A DNA stretch of 64,000 nt from positions 1-64,000 of IMG/VR virus record IMGVR_UViG_3300033183_000491. One strand, given 5' to 3'. Positions 39,804 through 48,340 of the stretch are shown piece by piece. Every line of letters begins with the position of its first letter. Position 1 is the stretch's first letter. The translations under genes and the position numbers were made by a program. The notes under the pieces are model-generated. The model saw only the letters and a program-made list of their open reading frames with translations. It was not told where the DNA came from and did not search any database.

Positions 39804-40576
39804 TAGCCTTGTTTAACTGCACCTGTTGCTACGTTTTGTTTGACGTTAACGAGCGCATATTCTGGATAATCAATACCAAAGATTTTACTTAGTTCTTCAT
39901 GGAAAAGTTCTTCAAAGTCTTTAACATTCTGTTCAGCTTTAGCGCCACTATCTAATACTAATACGTTAATAGCAGCTTGTTTAACAATATTTTCTTTTGA
40001 AAATAAGTTATCAAAGTTTCGATATGCATTTATAGCAGCATTGACATATTTTTTAATATCTACTTCTTTTGGGCTATTAAATTGATCTACTAGTTGAGAT
40101 CCTTTTGACAATATATTTTGTAATGTATCAATATCGTCCTCAACTTTCTTTAAATCTTTATCTTCTTTAATTAAAAAATCTTTAATAGAAGATCTACTGT
40201 AAGAGAAAGACTCAGACAAATAATTTCTTATTGTACCTTCTACTTCCCAAGTTAAGCTGTCTTGATTTAGCATATCAAATATTTTATCAATTTTAGAAGA
40301 CAAATCTTTTATTGCTTTATCGTCAATTTGTTTATTTTCATCTGCAGATAAGTTATCATCTGTCGTCAAATCATCTTCCTGAGATTCGCTATCTAAAGCG
40401 CCTTCATCACCTCCTCCTTCTTCTTCTGTTTCATTATCTTCTTCATCACCTTCAGGATCAGGCATATCAAAAGAAACTTCATTACTACTTTCTTCTTCGT
40501 CTTTTTCTAAAATTAGTTTTGACAAATTTAATTGATTATTCTCTAACATGAATTCTATTTTATCTGAATATTTCAT
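39803..40576 (-). CDS. Acidic protein, putative scaffold or head-internal
   Basis: MLE, ILE, LSE and LIKE motifs plus an acidic linker; start reassigned to the ATG at 40576 behind AAGGA. Confidence 0.55.
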   Translation of the reverse strand: MKYSDKIEFMLENNQLNLSKLILEKDEEESSNEVSFDMPDPEGDEEDNETEEEGGGDEGALDSESQEDDLTTDDNLSADENKQIDDKAIKDLSSKIDKIFDMLNQDSLTWEVEGTIRNYLSESFSYSRSSIKDFLIKEDKDLKKVEDDIDTLQNILSKGSQLVDQFNSPKEVDIKKYVNAAINAYRNFDNLFSKENIVKQAAINVLVLDSGAKAEQNVKDFEELFHEELSKIFGIDYPEYALVNVKQNVATGAVKQG

Positions 40577-40586
40577 TTTAATTTCC

Positions 40587-41303
40587 TTAAAGTATTTTTG
40601 AAACACTATCAGCTTTTTTAATTCTGTCTTCAATAACAGACCAGTTCAACTCTTTCATCATTCCAAAAACATAGGTTTTTCTATCTTTTAGATAATCTCT
40701 ATAATAACTATGTTCCCAACAATCCATAACTATTACTGGAATCATACCAACCATTACATTTTGACTATGAAGATCTATAATTGTGTTTACAAATCTTTTT
40801 AGATAAATGTCATAGTAAGTAATTGCCCAACCATTTCTAGCAGAAAGACAACATGCTACAAAATCTTCTTGCCAAGAATCAAATGTACCAAAATCTCTAG
40901 ATAATCTCATATAAGAAAGAGAATCCATAGTAATACTACTATTTAAATCACTTATATTTTCAAAATATAGGCCGTGTAGAAAAGCTGCGTTGTGATTATA
41001 AGACTCATCTATTTTAAGACTTCTAAAATTAGAATTATTAAGATTAGCTGATGTTTTATCTACGCCGTCTAATGAAGAAGATATTTTATTTAATTTTTCA
41101 ATATAACCTTCAAGTAATTCTTGATGAGCTTTTTTTGTTTTAGAAGATAACAATTCAGTCTGTAAACTAAAACTTCCAGGTTCTACAACGTAAGATTCAT
41201 TTAAACTTTCTTTTTTTGATTCACTATCACTATGGTTTATAGAGCTTTGATCATTCATAGTATTATCAATAGCTTCTTTTATTATTTGATCTAAACTTTT
41301 CAT
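40587..41303 (-). CDS. sod: Fe/Mn superoxide dismutase with N-terminal extension
   Basis: AHQELLEGY, NAAFLHGLYF, GWA and MDCWEHSYYRDY. Confidence 0.88.
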   Translation of the reverse strand: MKSLDQIIKEAIDNTMNDQSSINHSDSESKKESLNESYVVEPGSFSLQTELLSSKTKKAHQELLEGYIEKLNKISSSLDGVDKTSANLNNSNFRSLKIDESYNHNAAFLHGLYFENISDLNSSITMDSLSYMRLSRDFGTFDSWQEDFVACCLSARNGWAITYYDIYLKRFVNTIIDLHSQNVMVGMIPVIVMDCWEHSYYRDYLKDRKTYVFGMMKELNWSVIEDRIKKADSVSKIL

Positions 41304-41779
41304 AGACTAAACTCTTTCTCAAATATATCAATTTCAACATCTAAATATGGACCATCAGAATTATATTGTTTCATCGCGCTAGGATTTTTAATATTTGGTT
41401 TATTTGACTTTTTAAATGCAGCTTTTTTATTGGGAGGGAATATATCACCATTTAATCTTTTAAGATTCATTGAATCTTCGTCTTCTTCTGAAGTTTCTTC
41501 TTTTTCGTCCATTCTAGAAAAAGATTTTTGTTTTATATCTTCTAATGGTTCTCCCGGACCGAGAAGTCTTACAAAAATCTTTCCATCTTTTTCTATTACA
41601 TCTTCAACAGTGTATCTAAATCCAGCTCTATCTGATACTTTTAATCCTTTTGCTGAAGATATTAAATCATTGTCGCTTTTATCTTTTACTTCTATTTCAC
41701 TTAGATTAGCATAATGATTTATTCTTTTTTCATACTCTTCTTTAAGGATATGAATCATTTCTCTTTTATTTAAAGACAT
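41300..41779 (-). CDS. Hypothetical protein with MIHILKEE leader
   Basis: ORF track; leader family. Confidence 0.6.
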   Translation of the reverse strand: MSLNKREMIHILKEEYEKRINHYANLSEIEVKDKSDNDLISSAKGLKVSDRAGFRYTVEDVIEKDGKIFVRLLGPGEPLEDIKQKSFSRMDEKEETSEEDEDSMNLKRLNGDIFPPNKKAAFKKSNKPNIKNPSAMKQYNSDGPYLDVEIDIFEKEFSL

Positions 41780-41807
41780 ATTAATACCTACTTAATTTTA
41801 TTATATT

Positions 41808-42230
41808 CTAATTATCAATATATGATGTAACTTCAATATTAGAAGATTCTAACATTTTAATTCCTGTTTCATCTCTATATCTTTCTTTGTAAACAACTTT
41901 TTTAATTCCACTATTTATTATAGCCATTGCACAGTTTTCACATGGGCTCAATGTTAAATACATAATTTTATCTTTTGGATTATTATAATCTAATTTTAAC
42001 AAAGCATTAATTTCAGCATGCAATAATCCACTGCAACCAGGTTCATCAGATTGAGGTACGTTTGACATTCCTGCTGCATTTCCATTATACCCTAAAGAAA
42101 GAACTTGTGTATTATCTGATGTAACTATTAATGATCCTACCTTAAAATTAGGATGATGACTTCTTTGTGATATTGTTTCTGCCATTGTCATCCAAACTTT
42201 ATCCCAGCTTGGCCTATTTATTTCTAACAC
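41808..42230 (-). CDS. dcd: dCMP deaminase
   Basis: RPSWD, VGSLIV, GYNG, LHAEINAL and TLSPCENCA. Confidence 0.92.
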   Translation of the reverse strand: MLEINRPSWDKVWMTMAETISQRSHHPNFKVGSLIVTSDNTQVLSLGYNGNAAGMSNVPQSDEPGCSGLLHAEINALLKLDYNNPKDKIMYLTLSPCENCAMAIINSGIKKVVYKERYRDETGIKMLESSNIEVTSYIDN

Positions 42231-42248
42231 TATATACTCCGAGGTTTT

Positions 42249-42704
42249 ATGAATAATCTACTTAAAGAATATGTTTATAATATTATATTAGAAAATAAAA
42301 AAAATACAAGAAATTTATATGTCTTTGATTTTGACATGACTTTATATGATCCAAATAATAAATTATGGATTGATAAATCGATAAGCGAACTTAACAAAGT
42401 CAAAAATAACAATTTGATTGTTTTATGTACAGCAAGATTAAACTCTAGCGAAATCATAAAAGAAACAAAAAAACTTCTTAAAGAAAAAAATATAAAGTTT
42501 GATTATTACTATTTTAAACCTAGATCTATTACAATGTCTACACATGAATATAAAAAAGGAGTAATTGAAAAGTTAATAAATGAAAACAATATCGAAGAAA
42601 TTTATTTCTGGGAAGATAATTTAAAAAATCTAAGTGCAGTTAAAGATATAAAAGAAATTAAATCAGGAAAAATAAAATACTATCCTAAATTAGTTAAAAT
42701 ATAA
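42249..42704 (+). CDS. HAD-family phosphatase-like protein
   Basis: VFDFDMTL, CTAR, K and FWEDN; carries the LLKEY leader. Confidence 0.75.
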   Translation: MNNLLKEYVYNIILENKKNTRNLYVFDFDMTLYDPNNKLWIDKSISELNKVKNNNLIVLCTARLNSSEIIKETKKLLKEKNIKFDYYYFKPRSITMSTHEYKKGVIEKLINENNIEEIYFWEDNLKNLSAVKDIKEIKSGKIKYYPKLVKI

Positions 42705-43571
42705 TTCTTTTTTCCATGACGCGATTTTTCTTTCTAATTTTAACTTTTTTTCTTCTTCAAGGCAATCTTCAATTGTAATTCTATTCCAAGGGTAAACTTT
42801 TCCTGTATTTGTTTTTGCCTGAATTGTTTTTATTCCTTTTATAGAGTAAAGATATATCTTTGAGTCTTCTATAATAACGTTTCTTTTAAATCTTAATAAT
42901 TTAGGAGGTCTTCCCAAATCAGACATTTCTTGATCCTTATAAAGTAAATCTTTACTATCCCATGGTATGGCAAATTTAATCGCATCTTCTTTGTAAGGAG
43001 TTACGTAAGAATACTTTTTTAAGATACTAAACCTTTTTTGACTCCCATGATAAAATATTCTTTTGCTAATTTCAGGTATATAATACTGAGGTTTTACTTT
43101 AAACGGAATAAAAACTTCTATGTCGTTTATAGGTCTATCAATAAATTGTAAATCTTCTTTAGATTCATCTTCATACCAAACTTTATATGTATTAACAAAT
43201 CCTTGAATACCTTTTGAAAAAACAGTTTCTCCATTTAATGTCAAAGAAAATAAACATTTTTCAATTTCATGAGGTAAAAGTTTAAAATAATAAGTATACT
43301 CTTTTCTTTCTAAAATTTGATCTGGCCTGTGAGAGTTAGTAGCATTAAATAATGATGCTCTTACAAAAGAAGTATTTTTTTCATGATACGGAAAGTATTC
43401 TCTAACTTCAGACTCGATAATTTTTAATTTATCACCTTGATCTATATTATTATATCTTTTTGGCCTTAGACATTTTTTGTATTTTAAATCACTACAAACA
43501 AACCAAATATCAGAAGTCAAGAATTTTGCTCCTAAATCTTTTACTTCGAAAGGAACATTAATTTTTTTCAA
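42690..43571 (-). CDS. Hypothetical protein with C-terminal ADP-ribosyltransferase-like motif
   Basis: IFYHGS.....KKYSYVTP..EDAIKFA resembles Arr-type ARTs. Confidence 0.45.
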   Translation of the reverse strand: MKKINVPFEVKDLGAKFLTSDIWFVCSDLKYKKCLRPKRYNNIDQGDKLKIIESEVREYFPYHEKNTSFVRASLFNATNSHRPDQILERKEYTYYFKLLPHEIEKCLFSLTLNGETVFSKGIQGFVNTYKVWYEDESKEDLQFIDRPINDIEVFIPFKVKPQYYIPEISKRIFYHGSQKRFSILKKYSYVTPYKEDAIKFAIPWDSKDLLYKDQEMSDLGRPPKLLRFKRNVIIEDSKIYLYSIKGIKTIQAKTNTGKVYPWNRITIEDCLEEEKKLKLERKIASWKKELYFN

Positions 43572-44140
43572 ATATATCTCTCTTTAAAAGTAGTATAATG
43601 TTTAGCACATCTTGGTTCATACATTCCTTTTGATCCTATTCTCTCTTCAGCTGAAGCGTTGTTGATATCAAACATAGCTTCAGTAAAATATGCGTCTTGA
43701 TCACAGTCAGTACAAACAGCAGGACAAACTTCTATTCTTGTTGCCCAAGGCATCATATTTTTTATATTCTCAAAAGGTATCTCGTTTGCATCTAATTGAA
43801 TTGAAGACACTATTATATTAATACCTTTGCGATATAAAGAAATCAAAACAGAATCAATATCTTGAATCATAAAAGCCTCATCAACAGCTATAACTGTATT
43901 TGAGTTAAACATTTCTTCATTAACATAACATAAAATCTCTTCTGCATGATTAATACAAAACGCTGGATAAGAAGCTCCAGTATGAGTACTAATCGATTCT
44001 TTTGTATATCTATTGTCTCTCTTAGCTTTAAAAGCAAGAACATTTCGTCCTTTATATAAAGATCGATCGATGTCCGACATTAACTTTGTTGTTTTTGACC
44101 CAAACATTGGTCCTGTATATATTGTAAATTGAGGATTCAT
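43568..44140 (-). CDS. tdk: Thymidine kinase (type II)
   Basis: GPMFGSKTT, AVDEA, C..C..DAYFT and YEPRCAKH. Confidence 0.93.
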   Translation of the reverse strand: MNPQFTIYTGPMFGSKTTKLMSDIDRSLYKGRNVLAFKAKRDNRYTKESISTHTGASYPAFCINHAEEILCYVNEEMFNSNTVIAVDEAFMIQDIDSVLISLYRKGINIIVSSIQLDANEIPFENIKNMMPWATRIEVCPAVCTDCDQDAYFTEAMFDINNASAEERIGSKGMYEPRCAKHYTTFKERYI

Positions 44141-44154
44141 ATTGTTTCCTTGAA

Positions 44155-45039
44155 CTAAATAAATGCAGATCTTATATGAATATTTAATTCAATATCGACA
44201 TCTTTAGGTAAAGACATTTCTTTAGCAGATTTTATACTAAGTATTTTTAAGAATTGATAATCACACCACAAATCCTTAGATACATTAGATTGAGTTAATG
44301 TTGCTGAAACCTGTAGTTTATTTTTTCTCCAAAGAAAATGAATTAAATTTATATTTCCATCATTACAAATAAAGAATCTTTTACTGTCATGTTTTTGTGG
44401 AAATCCAATATCATTAATCCCTGTAAATTCTCTAAATATTTTATTAAAAAATTCATTTTCAATATTTAGATAATAATTTGACCGACTTGGATGATACATT
44501 ATAGTATAATCAATAGTATTTTTATCGATTACTTCAGAAGTTCTAATATCAATTAGTTCATTATTTCCACTATTGATTACCAAAGACTTGATCAATTCAT
44601 CAGTTGGTATATCATTTAAAGAATTAATAAAATTAATAGATTTTTCAACATTCTCTTCTAAAGAATCATCTTCAAGTAAAAGAACATTAGGATAATTTCC
44701 TAAATTATATTTACAAAGTTTTTCATAATGACTCCTTACCTGAAGTATACTTTTTTCATCTTGGATTTCATCTCCTCTTATTTTATACCTTTCTAAGATT
44801 GTTTTCTCACTCGGGAGCAAAACAATATATAAAATATCTAATCTTTTAAGTTCATTAATGATTTTATCATACCACTTAGATTCTATTCCACGATTATACA
44901 TTTTAGAATAAACAATCATTGACATACAACTTCTATCTTGTATGTTATAAACATAATTTGTTTTCTTGTGGATTTCATTAAACAAAGTTGATTTTCCTGC
45001 ACAATCAGGACCTTCAATAATAATATGAGAAAAACGCAA
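44155..45039 (-). CDS. dNMP (dTMP) kinase-like domain fused to a degenerate thymidylate-synthase-like domain
   Basis: IIIEGPDCAGKST, QDRS and RGDE; C-terminus IHFLWRKNKLQVSATLTQSN resembles the ThyA QF...L...RSxD strand without its catalytic residues. Confidence 0.65.
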   Translation of the reverse strand: MRFSHIIIEGPDCAGKSTLFNEIHKKTNYVYNIQDRSCMSMIVYSKMYNRGIESKWYDKIINELKRLDILYIVLLPSEKTILERYKIRGDEIQDEKSILQVRSHYEKLCKYNLGNYPNVLLLEDDSLEENVEKSINFINSLNDIPTDELIKSLVINSGNNELIDIRTSEVIDKNTIDYTIMYHPSRSNYYLNIENEFFNKIFREFTGINDIGFPQKHDSKRFFICNDGNINLIHFLWRKNKLQVSATLTQSNVSKDLWCDYQFLKILSIKSAKEMSLPKDVDIELNIHIRSAFI

Positions 45040-45091
45040 ATTTAATTACAAAACCTTTAAATTTAAAATTAATAAAATATCGACAATATTT

Positions 45092-45120
45092 ATTATATTA
45101 TTTAGTAGTTATATTTACAA
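45092..45120 (-). promoter_or_regulatory. Promoter TTGTAA-N17-TATAAT (variant)
   Basis: Upstream of the kinase/TK operon. Confidence 0.6.
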
Positions 45121-45136
45121 TATAAAGAGAACAACA

Positions 45137-45385
45137 ATGAAAAATTTAATAGAGACTTATATAAATTTTTTTCTAGAAAATAACAATTCAGATGATAGAC
45201 CTTTTGTAGACTTCATGAAAGATATTGAAAAAGAAGAAAAAGACAAAAAAAATAATGATCGTGTTGAAAATACTAAACCTAACATCAAAAAAGAAGATAA
45301 TATTAATATCTTAAGAAATCCTAATGATAATCTTTTATTTTACAGAAAAATTAAAAATAAGAAAAATAAGCCTGGAGAAAACTAA
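45137..45385 (+). CDS. Hypothetical protein with LIETYINFFLE leader
   Basis: ORF track; leader family. Confidence 0.6.
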   Translation: MKNLIETYINFFLENNNSDDRPFVDFMKDIEKEEKDKKNNDRVENTKPNIKKEDNINILRNPNDNLLFYRKIKNKKNKPGEN

Positions 45386-45750
45386 TGAAAATTACAGAAA
45401 CAAAATTAAGAAATTTAATAAGGAAAGTTATCTTAGAAAATAACATGACTTATTTAGAATTTGGTCAAAATCTAATTGAAGGTGAACCTATTGATAGAAT
45501 AAATCCCGGTTATGGTTTATATCTTGTAACTGGTGAAGACTTTTATGAAGAAACTGTTGGTGGAAGAGTTATCGAAAAATTTGATGTTTATGTTTGCGAA
45601 GGACCATATAAACAGATTGATGAACTTGAAGTAAGAAAGTATGACGATAGTTCATTATTAAAATTGAGGAATAATTTAGTTTTTGTAAAACAATCAGATA
45701 AAGAATATCGCATCCCAGTTTCAGAAGCTAAAACACCTGAATTTGATTAA
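45385..45750 (+). CDS. Hypothetical protein with MKITETKLRNLIRKVILE leader
   Basis: Leader family. Confidence 0.7.
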   Translation: MKITETKLRNLIRKVILENNMTYLEFGQNLIEGEPIDRINPGYGLYLVTGEDFYEETVGGRVIEKFDVYVCEGPYKQIDELEVRKYDDSSLLKLRNNLVFVKQSDKEYRIPVSEAKTPEFD

Positions 45751-45789
45751 AAACATATTTAAAAACATATTTAAAAACATATTTAAAAA
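45747..45789. repeat. Tandem repeat, 3.6 x TTAAAAACATAT
   Basis: Three exact 12-bp units plus a partial unit. Confidence 0.9.
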
Positions 45790-45810
45790 TAATCTTAAAG
45801 GAAAATTAAA

Positions 45811-46209
45811 ATGAAAATTACAGAAAGACGTTTACGCTCAATTATTAAGAACATTATTAAAGAACAAAGCGATATAAATCCTCGTGGCGCCCGTGCAGCA
45901 GGACCAGATCTTCAACAAAAGTATTCTGTAGATCTTATTAACACTCTTAGACAATGTAACACACTCTCAGATATTCATGCCCTAATGAAAAAAGACGGAT
46001 TTAGCGAAGAAGATTTCGAAGATGAAAGAAGTAATTCATACCAATATTTTTGGTTTTTATATATATCAGTATGTCAAACTTTAGAGGATTTACAACGCGA
46101 AGGTTATAAAGTAGGATTTGTTATGAAACTTGATCAATGGCCTTGGTATACAGCAGATGCAAAGGAACCTTCTTCAGGAGAAGATTATTGTGCAATCTTG
46201 TTAAAATAA
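45811..46209 (+). CDS. Hypothetical protein with MKITERRLRSIIKNIIKE leader
   Basis: Leader family. Confidence 0.7.
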   Translation: MKITERRLRSIIKNIIKEQSDINPRGARAAGPDLQQKYSVDLINTLRQCNTLSDIHALMKKDGFSEEDFEDERSNSYQYFWFLYISVCQTLEDLQREGYKVGFVMKLDQWPWYTADAKEPSSGEDYCAILLK

Positions 46210-46240
46210 TTAATCAAACTTGTTAAAATAATTAATCAAA
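46197..46240. repeat. Exact 22-bp tandem duplication CTTGTTAAAATAATTAATCAAA
   Basis: Copies at 46197-46218 and 46219-46240 span the convergent stops. Confidence 0.9.
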
Positions 46241-47308
46241 AGCATTAATCTTTTTAAGCTTAGCAAGATTTGAAGACATACCCCACCCTACATCATTCTT
46301 CACGTCAGCAAGCCAAGTACTAAACTCAATATCATCATCAAGATTACCCCATACTCTTAACCAACCACTACGATTATCTGAATCGACACATTTCCAACGC
46401 ATAAATGCTTTACCATTTTTTGTTGTTTTTCTAATAACTTCAGTCACGGTAAACCATCCGATTCCACGATCACCTGGATTAATATCAAAAACACTACTAA
46501 TTTGCTTCTGTTTTAACTTTTTAAGAAGACTAGGTGGAAACAATAAGTCATCATTTGCGTCGTTACTGAGTTCAAAATAATTTTTAATTTTTTCTGATCT
46601 TTTCCAGTCAGACACAATTTTATATTTTGATAATAAATCTTCGACGATAGGTGTTAATTCCTCACCTTTTTTAAGGGCGCGTTTAATAGCTGTCTTAGTC
46701 ATTCCAAATCTTCCCTTTTTAAGTAATACATAGTTATCGAGAATTAAATCATGGAGTTGCTTATGATTATCAAGTTTATCGTCTTTAAATTCACTGAGAG
46801 ATTTAAATGCTTCCATCTTTGTTAGGGATGAAAAAGCTGTTTTATTCATCTTTGAATGCTTCCATTCTCCTTCTTCATTATAAAATAGATCTTCTAAATT
46901 ATTGTATGGTCTATTTGCAAATATTTCTTCAACAGCTTTATCACCTACTCCTTTAAGAGACGTTAAAGGTGGAACAAAAGCTTTCAAATCTTCAGAATAT
47001 TCCCATTCTGAACCAGAGTGATTTACATCAATTGCTGAAATGTCATATCCTAATGCTTTTATTTCAGCAATAACTTTTGACATACCTTTAGGGCTGCCAT
47101 TTTCAGATTGTAAAACTGTTGCTAACCATTCTGTTTCGTAGTGTGTGTGTAACCATGCAGCGTAATAAGAATCAATTGCATATGAAACAGCGTGAGAGTT
47201 AGATTGCAAAATACCATTACTTAAGTAATATTGATGATCATGATGTGAAACTTCTAGATCATACGTTTGTTGCTTACCAGTAAATTCAATTGATAAAATA
47301 CGAGGCAT
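46232..47308 (-). CDS. dnaE: DNA polymerase III alpha, C-terminal half (IntC + extein)
   Basis: The 37-aa IntC is followed by SHAVSY, IDVNHS, LTSLKGVG.KAVEEI (HhH), and the OB fold KTTKNGKAFM. Confidence 0.93.
   Translation of the reverse strand: MPRILSIEFTGKQQTYDLEVSHHDHQYYLSNGILQSNSHAVSYAIDSYYAAWLHTHYETEWLATVLQSENGSPKGMSKVIAEIKALGYDISAIDVNHSGSEWEYSEDLKAFVPPLTSLKGVGDKAVEEIFANRPYNNLEDLFYNEEGEWKHSKMNKTAFSSLTKMEAFKSLSEFKDDKLDNHKQLHDLILDNYVLLKKGRFGMTKTAIKRALKKGEELTPIVEDLLSKYKIVSDWKRSEKIKNYFELSNDANDDLLFPPSLLKKLKQKQISSVFDINPGDRGIGWFTVTEVIRKTTKNGKAFMRWKCVDSDNRSGWLRVWGNLDDDIEFSTWLADVKNDVGWGMSSNLAKLKKINAFD
47198..47308 (-). mobile_element. Split intein C-fragment (37 aa)
   Basis: MPRILSIEFTGKQQTYDLEVSHHDHQYYLSNGILQSN|S: block F YDLEV, terminal Asn, +1 Ser. 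Confidence 0.92.
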
Positions 47309-47330
47309 TATAAACCTTTCTTTTTAATTT

Positions 47331-47359
47331 ATTGTACATAATTAATTTTTTGTTTACAC
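47331..47359 (-). promoter_or_regulatory. Promoter GTGTAA-N17-TACAAT for dnaE-C
   Basis: The -35 box coincides with the endonuclease's last codon and stop (GTG TAA). Confidence 0.65.
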
Positions 47360-48340
47360 ATAAGACTTTCCAAATAACCATAATCCTCTTGTTTTATTAA
47401 GAATAATACTTTCTATTTTGTCTAATGTTTCTTTATTAAACGTACCATTTTCTTTATATTCATATTCATCATGAGAAATCCTAATTACAGTCCAACCTTC
47501 TTCTATTAAGACTTCATTTAATTCTTTGTCTTTTTTTGTAACTTCACTAAGATTTCCTTTTTTCTTAAACACGTCTTTAAAATGATGTATACCGTCAAAT
47601 TCAATAACTATTTTATTTTCTAATGACATAATATCAATCTGTCTAGTGTTTGTCTTAGTTGATAAAAACTTTCCTGTTCTTTTAAGTGTTTGATTTCTTT
47701 TAAAAGTATTAGGAAAGTTTTTATCAACAATGTTAAATAAATCACCTTCAGGTTTAGACTGCCAAGATTTATGCATAACTGAGGTGCATTTTTTATAAAA
47801 TTCTCCCGGGTTATTCTTTCGCCATTCTGCAAGTCTATTTGATCTTTCTTTTTGGATATCTTTCCTACTTGAAGTTTTTTTAGCAGTCCTCGAAGATCTT
47901 TCTCTAAATTCTTGCGTTTTGTTTAAATTAGAAAGATTTTTTCTTCTTGATTCTCTAGCAAACTCTGAATTCATAATTCCTTTAGAAATAGATTTTCCTA
48001 ATTTTTCAATGTATTCTGAAAGATCCTCGCCTTTTTCTTTTTTTCTAGATATCCATGCTCCGTTTTTCTTTCCTGACATTGAATATTTATTTTTAGATTT
48101 TTCACACATCGCTAAGCCATATTTTAATTCATATTCTTCTTTACTTAAATTATGATTTTTAATATGTAATTTTATATTTTTTCTTACAAATCCACAAATT
48201 TGACATTTTACATAATCAATATTTTCTTTGTAATTTTCTAATATAAATTTACATTTTTCTTGATGGCTTTTTAATGTCGATTCTTTTATATAAGATTTTC
48301 CACACACACAATCGAAAGATCTTCTTGAATTATCAACCAT
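47354..48340 (-). mobile_element. Free-standing homing endonuclease (Zn fingers + Vsr/EDxHD-like nuclease) between the dnaE halves
   Basis: CVCGK...HQEKC, CQICG...H; SKPE, QIDI, IEFDGIHH, KDKELN and GWTVIRI. Confidence 0.88.

Noticed and set aside
45747-45789. CRISPR array
   Set aside because: The 12-bp units abut with no spacers, so this is a simple tandem repeat. No repeat-spacer array was seen anywhere in the window.
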